Positions 45,114 to 52,353 of a stretch of 64,000 nt of DNA are shown here, one piece after another. Under the pieces are notes generated by a model, which worked only from the letters and a program-made list of their open reading frames with translations, was not told the origin of the DNA and did no database searches. The stretch's first letter is position 1. Every line of letters starts with the position of its first letter. The position numbers and the translations under genes were made by a program. The stretch is from the IMG/VR virus record IMGVR_UViG_3300017613_002395; one strand, written 5' to 3'. Source of the DNA: a virus.

Positions 45114-45848
45114 ATGAGCAAAACAATCGCAATCATACCTGCCAGGTTGGGCAGCAGCCGTCTGAGAAATAAGCCCCTGCTCATGTTTGGTGGACGCACT
45201 CTACTTGAATGGACCTACATTCAGGCTCGTGCGGCTGAAGTTGATAATGTGCTGGTCACGTCCCCTGATAAAGCCGTGTGTGAGAAATGCCGAGATTTGG
45301 GCATTCCTTGGTTTCCGTCTAGCATTGATTGCCAATCTGGAACACACAGATGCCTCGAAGTCTATGATCGGATGAGGGGCACTAGTAAGGATGATATAGT
45401 GATCAACTGGCAGTGTGATGAGCCACTACTTCATTCCACCTATGTTGATCAAGCCATCAAACGCATCAAATCGGATTACGATAAGAGCATTCACACATTC
45501 GTGAGCAATTTGACTGGGGATGGACTTGATAATCCGGACGTTGTCAAAGTGGCTGTGCGAATGCGTGATTCATGGACGGCATCTTGTTTTTGGTTCACCA
45601 GAGCCCCCATAGCTCGACCATTGGTCCATTGTGGTGTTTACGTGTTCCCTGCAAAGGAGCTGTATAAATACGGATCAGAGGATCTTAGTGACAATGCAAG
45701 GGCCGAATCGTTGGAGCAATTGACCTGGATTGAAAACGGAGCAGTCATTCGGGCGCTGCTTTTGCCCATGCCCCCACTATCAATCAATTCCCCAGAAGAT
45801 GCCATCAATTTTGTTTGTGTGTTACAAGGGGCCCCCGATGCAAATTGA
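45114..45848 (+). CDS. KdsB/NeuA-type acylneuraminate/KDO cytidylyltransferase (CMP-sugar synthetase)
   Basis: KTIAIIPARLGSSRLRNKPLLMFGGRTLLEWTY...VDNVLVTSPD. Confidence 0.75.
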   Translation: MSKTIAIIPARLGSSRLRNKPLLMFGGRTLLEWTYIQARAAEVDNVLVTSPDKAVCEKCRDLGIPWFPSSIDCQSGTHRCLEVYDRMRGTSKDDIVINWQCDEPLLHSTYVDQAIKRIKSDYDKSIHTFVSNLTGDGLDNPDVVKVAVRMRDSWTASCFWFTRAPIARPLVHCGVYVFPAKELYKYGSEDLSDNARAESLEQLTWIENGAVIRALLLPMPPLSINSPEDAINFVCVLQGAPDAN

Positions 45849-46557
45849 GATCATTAGTCACTGCTTGGCAAATGAGAGGCCCCATTATGCAGGGGCTTTG
45901 TGCTATCAGCTGAGTTCCCTGCTGCTCGATACCCCGAAGATGTGTACGGTAAAGGCAACAATCATTACCACATGGGATGATGAGTTGACACAAAACACCT
46001 TCACCTGGTTTATCAAGCACACACCGATTCGGGCCCGGTTAATAGTGCTCCACAAAACTCAATGCACCCGCAGGTCGATCGGCCGGAATAATGCAGCCCT
46101 ATCGTCGACTGGTGATATCGTTTGGTTTGCTGATGTTGATCAAGTCTATCGGGACCGGATATTGGATCGTTTGGCTGATACACCATGGCCACCTGATTCT
46201 GTAATGCTTTTTCCGAAGCAGATCATGATTCATAAGGACCACACAACTGGTCAGGCAGCTACTGACAAGGTCAACCACCAGCCGGCTGTAGTGGATATTG
46301 ATCCAGGTGATTTCAAACCGAAGATTTATCATCGGGCTATTGGCGGAGTGCAAATCGTGCAGGGGGATTTTACCCGTCGCTACGGGTATTTGAACAATCA
46401 TTCTGTCTGGCAGAAGCCCCACGAAAGCGGAAAGCAACTGAAGAATTTTCATGATGATAGACAATACAGGGGCTTTTGTGAGAAGCATGGCATGATCAAG
46501 GGTATTGATCTGCCAGGCATGTATCGGATTCGACACACTTCGAGCAGTTACAAATGA
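45838..46557 (+). CDS. GT2-like glycosyltransferase
   Basis: RRSIGRNNAALSSTGDIVWFADVDQVY. Internal ATG of ORF 45730..46557, overlapping the previous stop. Confidence 0.5.
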   Translation: MQIEIISHCLANERPHYAGALCYQLSSLLLDTPKMCTVKATIITTWDDELTQNTFTWFIKHTPIRARLIVLHKTQCTRRSIGRNNAALSSTGDIVWFADVDQVYRDRILDRLADTPWPPDSVMLFPKQIMIHKDHTTGQAATDKVNHQPAVVDIDPGDFKPKIYHRAIGGVQIVQGDFTRRYGYLNNHSVWQKPHESGKQLKNFHDDRQYRGFCEKHGMIKGIDLPGMYRIRHTSSSYK

Positions 46558-46566
46558 GGTTGTGGT

Positions 46567-47130
46567 ATGACAATTGGCACCAAAACCATCCTGTTTGGCG
46601 TTCATCAATTTGCAATCCATCCGTGGTTTGTGGCCTGGGGGTGGTGGAAATTATATGGCATACCGTGGGACATTCGTCTGTGGATAGCTTTTTTCCTCCA
46701 TGATTTGGGATACATTGGCAAACCAAATCTTGACGGGCCAGAAGGAGAGGAGCATCCTGAATGGGCTGCGGGGGTGATGGGATGGTTTTTCGGCGAGAAG
46801 TGGGGTTTCTTTTGTCGATATCATTCCCGCTTTCTGGCTAAGCGGGATGGTCAATCGTTTTCTCGCCTGTGCGTTGCTGACAAGCTTGCTATTGGTCTTT
46901 ATCCAAGTTGGTTATACCTACCGTTAGCCCGTTTAAGTGGCGAATTAAATGAGTATATGCAAGGTCAGGGAGCCCGCACACCGGCAGGTGAAAGGGGCCC
47001 TGGCTTGTGGTTTCGGGATGTGCAACGGTACTGTACCGAGTGGGCATTTGAGCATGCTGATGGTCGACAAGATACATGGACTGGAACAAAAAGGGATTTG
47101 GCTGAATGTTTGGACAAGGATGTTTTGTAA
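46567..47130 (+). CDS. HD-like phosphohydrolase candidate
   Basis: FFLHDLGYIGKPN...EEHPEWAA...RYHSRF. Confidence 0.3.
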   Translation: MTIGTKTILFGVHQFAIHPWFVAWGWWKLYGIPWDIRLWIAFFLHDLGYIGKPNLDGPEGEEHPEWAAGVMGWFFGEKWGFFCRYHSRFLAKRDGQSFSRLCVADKLAIGLYPSWLYLPLARLSGELNEYMQGQGARTPAGERGPGLWFRDVQRYCTEWAFEHADGRQDTWTGTKRDLAECLDKDVL

Positions 47131-47144
47131 AGCAAAGGAGAGCC

Positions 47145-47834
47145 ATGACCTTGCCCGACTTCTTGATAATTGGAGTGCAGAAAGCCGGCACAGTTGCGGC
47201 AGCGAAGAACCTTTCATTGCACCCCGACATTTACTGTGATTCAAAGGAGCTGCATTTCTTCGACGAGCATTGGAAGCAGCTGGGTTGGTACAAACGCCAA
47301 ATCCAGAGGAGGGCAAAGAGAAGGCCCAGGGCTGAGTTGATTGGTGAAAAGACCCCATCCTACATAATGTATCCAGACAGAATGGCGGAGGTGGTGCCAA
47401 ACGCCCGTCTGGTCTTGCTCTTGCGAAATCCGGTGGAACGTGCAATTTCCCGATGGTGTTCAGCCAGATCGGATCGTATCAACAGACCTGATGCACTTGA
47501 TTTGATGCACCGAGATATGGTGGGGGATTGGGATAAGCTGCTGACCCGTGGGATCTACTACAAGCAGGTGCGGAGGTTGTTTCATTTTTTCGATCGTCAG
47601 CGGGTGTGTATTTGCATCTCCGAGAGGGTGCAGGAAAACATGGCCGGCGAGTACGGTAGGATCATGGGGTTTTTGGGCGTTGATCCCGTACAGGCTGAAT
47701 TCATGCCCCATCATGAGACAAGCGCCAAGATAAGACCACGGCAGGAGACCGTGGATTTTTTGAAGGATTGGTTTTGGCAAAGCAACTATGCACTTTTTGA
47801 AATGCTCGGTTGGGAAGTGCCAGAGTGGGAGTGA
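47145..47834 (+). CDS. sulfotransferase (Sulfotransfer_1/3-like)
   Basis: PDFLIIGVQKAGTVAAAKNLSLHPDI...ELHFFD and LLLRNPVERAISRW. RBS AAGGAGA. Confidence 0.8.
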   Translation: MTLPDFLIIGVQKAGTVAAAKNLSLHPDIYCDSKELHFFDEHWKQLGWYKRQIQRRAKRRPRAELIGEKTPSYIMYPDRMAEVVPNARLVLLLRNPVERAISRWCSARSDRINRPDALDLMHRDMVGDWDKLLTRGIYYKQVRRLFHFFDRQRVCICISERVQENMAGEYGRIMGFLGVDPVQAEFMPHHETSAKIRPRQETVDFLKDWFWQSNYALFEMLGWEVPEWE

Positions 47835-47836
47835 TC

Positions 47837-48571
47837 ATGGCTCGTCTACTTACAGCGAAGAACCTGTTTTTCCTGCACATGCCTCGGACAGGAGGAACCT
47901 GGATCGAGAAGGCTATCACACTCAGTGGTTTTAGATCTATGAGGTGGCTGCAGAAAAAACAGCCAAAATGGATCTGCCTCAAACATGCATTGCTTGCACA
48001 TGCCAATAAGTTTGAGCGGCTGCATATCAACAACATCTTTTCGGTTGTGCGGCATCCCATCCCCTACTACGAATCGACGTGGAAATGGATCAAGGGCGGA
48101 GGGTGTGTGGAAAAGAGGTGGTCGTGGCATCCGACTGCTGTTCCATGGCAGGAGTTTTGCCGATCCGATGATCTAACATTTAACGATTGGGTGTTTTTGA
48201 TGTTGGAGCATCATCCATTGTGGTACACCCGATTAGTTGAGCAGTACATGGGACCGGCCGGCGGTGAGTTTGTTGATTACATCGGCCGAACAGAAACAGT
48301 CTGCGACGATTTTCTCGATGTTGTTCGGTTGTATGGATACGAGGTGGATGAAAAACTGGAGCAGCAGATCCGGGGCATGGGCAAACAGAATGCAAAAGAC
48401 CTGTCGATTGAATGGTCTGCCGATTTGAAAGCCCGTGTATTGTCCTCCGAGAGATTGATGATCGATCGGTTTTATGGTCCCGAGACAATTGGGAGGCGGC
48501 ATTATGCTCAATTGGCTGCGGAGAATGCTTCGGACCTGGCTGCTGGGCCCGAACAACAGCACGAGACTTGA
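47837..48571 (+). CDS. sulfotransferase family 2-like
   Basis: FFLHMPRTGGTWIEKAI and SVVRHPIPYYES. Confidence 0.65.
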   Translation: MARLLTAKNLFFLHMPRTGGTWIEKAITLSGFRSMRWLQKKQPKWICLKHALLAHANKFERLHINNIFSVVRHPIPYYESTWKWIKGGGCVEKRWSWHPTAVPWQEFCRSDDLTFNDWVFLMLEHHPLWYTRLVEQYMGPAGGEFVDYIGRTETVCDDFLDVVRLYGYEVDEKLEQQIRGMGKQNAKDLSIEWSADLKARVLSSERLMIDRFYGPETIGRRHYAQLAAENASDLAAGPEQQHET

Positions 48572-48794
48572 TGTTGTCCTCCGAGACGGCAACGGGGGAT
48601 CATCTGTGGCGACTGTTGTGGTCGAGGGCACCATGGGCCTGCACCTGATTGGGCAGCCGGCAGGCCAGCAGGTGGGTATGCGAATGTTTGCCGAACGGGA
48701 CGCAATCGATAAAAATGACTTCTGGAGGATTTGGCGGCTGTATAATAGGGATGCGGAGTTCAAATGGGCCGATGAGCCAGATAGTAGGTGTTAA
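48504..48794 (+). CDS. hypothetical protein
   Basis: ATG after GGGAGG, inside ORF 48474..48794. Overlaps the previous gene by 68 nt. Confidence 0.4.
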   Translation: MLNWLRRMLRTWLLGPNNSTRLDVVLRDGNGGSSVATVVVEGTMGLHLIGQPAGQQVGMRMFAERDAIDKNDFWRIWRLYNRDAEFKWADEPDSRC

Positions 48795-49028
48795 ATGCTG
48801 CAATTAGCTACAGAAAACGAATTGAGGGACATCATAGGGGGCCGCATCAGGGAACACAGGGCCCGGCTGGGGTGGACGCAGACCGATCTTGCTGGTGCTG
48901 TGGGGGTGCATCAGGTTACGGTTGCCCTATGGGAGGGGGGCCGACAGCTCCCTACTCGTGTAAATGTCGAGTTACTAGCTGAGGCTTTGGGGATTACAAC
49001 CATCAAACTAATCAGCAAATCTGCCTGA
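48795..49028 (+). CDS. XRE/Cro-CI family HTH transcriptional regulator
   Basis: RARLGWTQTDLAGAVGVHQVTVALWEGGRQLP. Confidence 0.8.
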   Translation: MLQLATENELRDIIGGRIREHRARLGWTQTDLAGAVGVHQVTVALWEGGRQLPTRVNVELLAEALGITTIKLISKSA

Positions 49029-49034
49029 TAAATA

Positions 49035-49061
49035 CCCCGAATCCTGGAATTCGGGGTTTTT
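49035..49061 (+). terminator. intrinsic terminator
   Basis: ccccgaat-cctgga-attcgggg followed by ttttt. Confidence 0.7.
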
Positions 49062-49065
49062 CGTG

Positions 49066-49142
49066 TTGACTTTATAGTGCCAGACGCTATAATAGTAGTA
49101 GATGAGGGAGAGGAAAGGGAACCACGAAAGGAGAACAGCACG
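49066..49142 (+). promoter_or_regulatory. early promoter-operator-leader cassette P1
   Basis: TTGACT (49066-71), TATAAT (49088-93), imperfect palindrome at 49072-49092, AUG at 49102, purine-rich leader ending AAAGGAGAA. Confidence 0.7.
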
Positions 49143-49241
49143 ATGCTCAGTATGGTTTGGATTGTGGTTTTTGCCAGCGTGACCTACGGCTGCTATCGAA
49201 GCCTTTGGGAGATCGGGAGGCTGGAGGGGCATGTGAGATGA
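49143..49241 (+). CDS. 32-aa hydrophobic peptide (MLSMVWIVVFASVTYGCYRSLWEIGRLEGHVR)
   Basis: First SD-led ATG downstream of P1. Below the ORF-track cut-off. Confidence 0.4.
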   Translation: MLSMVWIVVFASVTYGCYRSLWEIGRLEGHVR

Positions 49242-49377
49242 GAATGGGGCCTACGCACCCAACCACGGAATTGCCAACCACCGGAACCCCCAGGTGGGGG
49301 ACAGAAAATACCGACGTGGCAAGACTCCGGGTGGGGACGGGTCATCCAGAAAAGATCAGAATATGGGCCCAGTACCC

Positions 49378-49444
49378 TTGACATTATAGTGCCAGACGCT
49401 ATAATAGTAGTAGATGAGGAAAGGGAACCACGAAAGGAGAAACG
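49378..49444 (+). promoter_or_regulatory. early promoter-operator-leader cassette P2
   Basis: TTGACA (49378-83), TATAAT (49400-05), palindrome at 49384-49404, AUG at 49414. Shares the upstream element catccagaaaagatcagaatatgggccc with P3. Confidence 0.7.
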
Positions 49445-49717
49445 ATGAAGGCCAAAACCCGCAAGCCGAGTGACCACGACATCCGAGTCCGGTTCAATGA
49501 TGGCTACCACGACGCCGCTTGGGAGGTGAAAAACAACCGCCTGAGAAAGCGCGTGATGGACGGACCCCACACCACGACGCAGGTGAGCCACGAGCATTCG
49601 GAAGCCTACTTCTTCGGCCACCAGTTGGGCCAGATGGACACCGAAGCTGGCCGATACAATGGCAGTAGCGAGACCGCCTGGAGGATGGTTGCAGCAAAGG
49701 CCAAATTCGATAACTAA
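49445..49717 (+). CDS. hypothetical early protein
   Basis: 90 aa, downstream of P2. Confidence 0.55.
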   Translation: MKAKTRKPSDHDIRVRFNDGYHDAAWEVKNNRLRKRVMDGPHTTTQVSHEHSEAYFFGHQLGQMDTEAGRYNGSSETAWRMVAAKAKFDN

Positions 49718-49775
49718 CCACCACCACCCACCCCGGGCCCCACGCGGGGCCCGGGGGTTGCAGGAGGCCGAAACG

Positions 49776-49985
49776 ATGCGATTCACCGCAACCCACCACC
49801 CCGGCGGATTCGAGGCACTGCAACACCTGGAGTGCTCGGGCGACGGTGTGGCCGTGATTGTCGACGGTGATCACTACACGATGAAGCAGGCCGAGGCCGA
49901 TCGGATGCAGGCCGCCGGCATCAAGATGGCATACCTGTGCCGCAGGGACAACAAGACCTACACCGTGCCCGTGAACGAGGGCTAG
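49776..49985 (+). CDS. hypothetical early protein
   Basis: ATG after CAGGAGG, inside ORF 49659..49985. Confidence 0.45.
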   Translation: MRFTATHHPGGFEALQHLECSGDGVAVIVDGDHYTMKQAEADRMQAAGIKMAYLCRRDNKTYTVPVNEG

Positions 49986-49988
49986 ACG

Positions 49989-50246
49989 ATGACCAACCTG
50001 GAGGGAGAGACGATGCAGACTTTAGAAGAGCGGATTCAGGGCCACATCACCGGCGCCACAGTGACCGAGGCCCGCCACCTGGGCATCTTCGACCTGATTG
50101 GCGAGGGGGAGGCGCAGGTACATGTCTTCGCCTATCGCACCGATGCCTGCGATTACGAGATGCGGGGCGCGTTCACCAATGGCGATCCCGTGTGGGAAGA
50201 AGATGATCCCGAGGCGTTCGCCCGAATGATCGGCGAGGCTGACTGA
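49989..50246 (+). CDS. hypothetical early protein
   Basis: 85 aa, acidic. Confidence 0.5.
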   Translation: MTNLEGETMQTLEERIQGHITGATVTEARHLGIFDLIGEGEAQVHVFAYRTDACDYEMRGAFTNGDPVWEEDDPEAFARMIGEAD

Positions 50247-50434
50247 TCACCCCAACCACTTCAAGGAGATTGGACAAAGAGCCAAAACGGCATCCCAGGG
50301 GCCACCTGGCGGCCCCTGTCGCCGTTCTGGGGGGTGGGTTGGTATCCTTTGCCTAGTAGGTTAGATGGGCGTCAGACGGCCAACCAACGCCCCAAAGTCC
50401 ATCCAGAAAAGATCAGAATATGGGCCCCGTACCC

Positions 50435-50507
50435 TTGACTTTATAGCGTCAGACGCTATAATAGTAGTAGATGAGGGAGAGGAAAGGGAACCACGAAAGG
50501 AGAAACG
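50435..50507 (+). promoter_or_regulatory. early promoter-operator-leader cassette P3
   Basis: TTGACT (50435-40), TATAAT (50457-62), perfect 21-bp palindrome ttatagcgtcagacgctataa (50441-61), AUG at 50471. Confidence 0.75.
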
Positions 50508-50735
50508 ATGAGAAACGGCACACTGACCGCAGTAGGGGTAGCCAGGACGATTCAAAGGGGAGCAGAGGATGCCTTGACCCCCCAGGGCCAGATGAAGTTT
50601 CTCGAAGATTTGGGCGGCATGCTGCAGGAGATGGCCATGCAAAGAGCCTACACAGGCGGCTATGTGGATGTTCAGAGGGAGAAGGACAGCGACTTCCTCC
50701 AGCGGATGGCCGACGCCTTGCGAGATCGGACATAG
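50508..50735 (+). CDS. hypothetical early protein
   Basis: 75 aa, downstream of P3. Confidence 0.55.
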   Translation: MRNGTLTAVGVARTIQRGAEDALTPQGQMKFLEDLGGMLQEMAMQRAYTGGYVDVQREKDSDFLQRMADALRDRT

Positions 50736-50773
50736 CCCCCCATTTCCCACCAACGGCAACCAAGGAGCTTGGC

Positions 50774-51055
50774 ATGAGACAGACAGTAAAAATCAGGGAT
50801 CTGATCGAACGGGTCAACAGCCGGAACAGGAACAGCACCTGCGAAGCTGACTGCCGTTGGGGGTGGAATAGCCTGCTGGAAGAGGTGCTGATGGCAAACA
50901 ATACCTACGCTGGTTTTCGCTATCTCGAAAAACGTGAGGTTCCAGCCGGGTTCGATCCTGGCCTTTCGGATGTTGGCGACAGGCGGAGGTTCCCTGATCC
51001 TTCACGGGTGGAGTACCTGGTCCACAGCAAACTCAAGACGGCGAAAGGAGCTTGA
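50774..51055 (+). CDS. hypothetical early protein
   Basis: ATG within the junction motif caaggagcttggcATG. Ends ...KGA*. Confidence 0.45.
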   Translation: MRQTVKIRDLIERVNSRNRNSTCEADCRWGWNSLLEEVLMANNTYAGFRYLEKREVPAGFDPGLSDVGDRRRFPDPSRVEYLVHSKLKTAKGA

Positions 51056-51056
51056 C

Positions 51057-51332
51057 ATGACGACTACGATCGAAACAACCAGAGAACAGAGAAAGCGGGC
51101 CCGAATTGCGGCTGGGCTCAACCCCAGGAACACAAGGCCAGTGGAGGTCATTCCCTCCAGCAACCAGACCCCGGAGTTGGTTGGCCGTGGCTACTACCAC
51201 ACGACCCTCAGCGGGCGGACCATAGTTCGGCATCCCAACGCATGCGGCTGGCCGACTTGGTATCATCACAGCACACTCCGAGTGGTTGTGGGCGAGGAGT
51301 GGCTGCGGGATTGTAGCAGCAAAGGAGCTTGA
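51057..51332 (+). CDS. hypothetical early protein
   Basis: Junction aaaggagcttgacATG. Ends ...KGA*. Confidence 0.45.
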   Translation: MTTTIETTREQRKRARIAAGLNPRNTRPVEVIPSSNQTPELVGRGYYHTTLSGRTIVRHPNACGWPTWYHHSTLRVVVGEEWLRDCSSKGA

Positions 51333-51333
51333 C

Positions 51334-51876
51334 ATGGCTAGGGATTCCCAACGCCAAGCCGTTTACAATTGGGGAGTCAGAGTGCGCAGCAAGTTTGGAG
51401 CCCTTACCCTGACCCTGGAGGAGTGTCAGGAGTTGATCAACAAGGTCTACGACGATTACAAGCCTGGTGCAAAACCCCCCAAAGCCGTAAGAAAACAGCA
51501 GCGGCGGGGGCCTGCGAGTTACTACCCCTATGAACACAAAATCGTTCTTCCCCAATGGGCACGAAACGAGCTGACCGTATTGCATGAGGTGGCTCATGCA
51601 ATAGCAGGCCCAAACGACGGCGCTTGGCATGGGCCCGTCTTCGCTGCTTTGCTGATTCAGTTGTGGGTGGAGTATTTGGATTTGCCACGGCCCATATTAG
51701 CTAGATTGGCAATCCCCAATGGGGACAGACAACGCAGAGTCTATTTTGCCGAGGCCGCATCCACCCCACGCAAACCAAGAGCTGCATGGAGGAGATGGAG
51801 ATTCGCCCGAGATAACTTGCGAAGGGAACTGCGGGAGCACGAGAAAGCGGAACCCGATAAGTATGATGCTGGTTGA
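51334..51876 (+). CDS. SprT-like zinc metalloprotease-fold protein
   Basis: Junction aaaggagcttgacATG. LTVLHEVAHAI (HExxH) followed by WHGPVF. Confidence 0.5.
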   Translation: MARDSQRQAVYNWGVRVRSKFGALTLTLEECQELINKVYDDYKPGAKPPKAVRKQQRRGPASYYPYEHKIVLPQWARNELTVLHEVAHAIAGPNDGAWHGPVFAALLIQLWVEYLDLPRPILARLAIPNGDRQRRVYFAEAASTPRKPRAAWRRWRFARDNLRRELREHEKAEPDKYDAG

Positions 51877-51909
51877 TTGTTTTGTCCCCATTACACAAGG
51901 AGAATTGAT

Positions 51910-52254
51910 ATGACACGCAACATGCTAGACCGAGGCGCATGCCGCAAGTTGGAGGATTTGGTGCTGGAGCACAAGGCGGAGTTTGCGGCTGGGAAATGGA
52001 CCGACAAGGCTTTCGCCGAGTTTGCCGGTCGGAGGATCGGGCGGCCGGTGACGGCGGCAAACATTCTTGGGGCCCGCAAAACGATGGACGTTGCCACGAC
52101 GAAGGGCGGCAGCAATGGCCATGGCCCAGCGAGTCTGGTCCAGATGCGAGCGGCCCTGAAGATCGTCACCAACGAGCTGATTCGGCTTGAGGGGGAAATG
52201 GGGCTGACCGCCACCCCAGCCCTGGAGATGCTGAATGATTCTTTCGAGAATTAG
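51910..52254 (+). CDS. hypothetical early protein
   Basis: ATG after AAGGAGA, inside ORF 51877..52254. Confidence 0.5.
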   Translation: MTRNMLDRGACRKLEDLVLEHKAEFAAGKWTDKAFAEFAGRRIGRPVTAANILGARKTMDVATTKGGSNGHGPASLVQMRAALKIVTNELIRLEGEMGLTATPALEMLNDSFEN

Positions 52255-52279
52255 TTTTGCAAGGAGCAGAGAAGGGGCC

Positions 52280-52353
52280 TTGACAATTGTAGTGCCAGAC
52301 ACTATAGTTCAACCATGGAAGCTGAAGCAACCACCACGCAGGAGGATTGAACG
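52280..52353 (+). promoter_or_regulatory. divergent promoter cassette P5
   Basis: TTGACA (52280-85), 17-nt spacer containing agtgccagacac, TATAGT (52303-08), AUG at 52315, SD AGGAGG. Confidence 0.55.

Noticed and set aside
48795-49028. Lysogeny module (integrase plus CI/Cro switch) around the XRE gene.
   Set aside because: No integrase, excisionase or divergent repressor pair is visible in the window. A single XRE gene alone does not establish a temperate lifestyle.
50471-51055. 194-aa plus-strand ORF starting at the AUG in the P3 leader.
   Set aside because: It runs out of frame through two better-supported genes (50508..50735 and 50774..51055). Its translation is Arg/Gly-rich run-on typical of GC-rich off-frames. 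Only its first ~11 codons are conserved among the cassettes.
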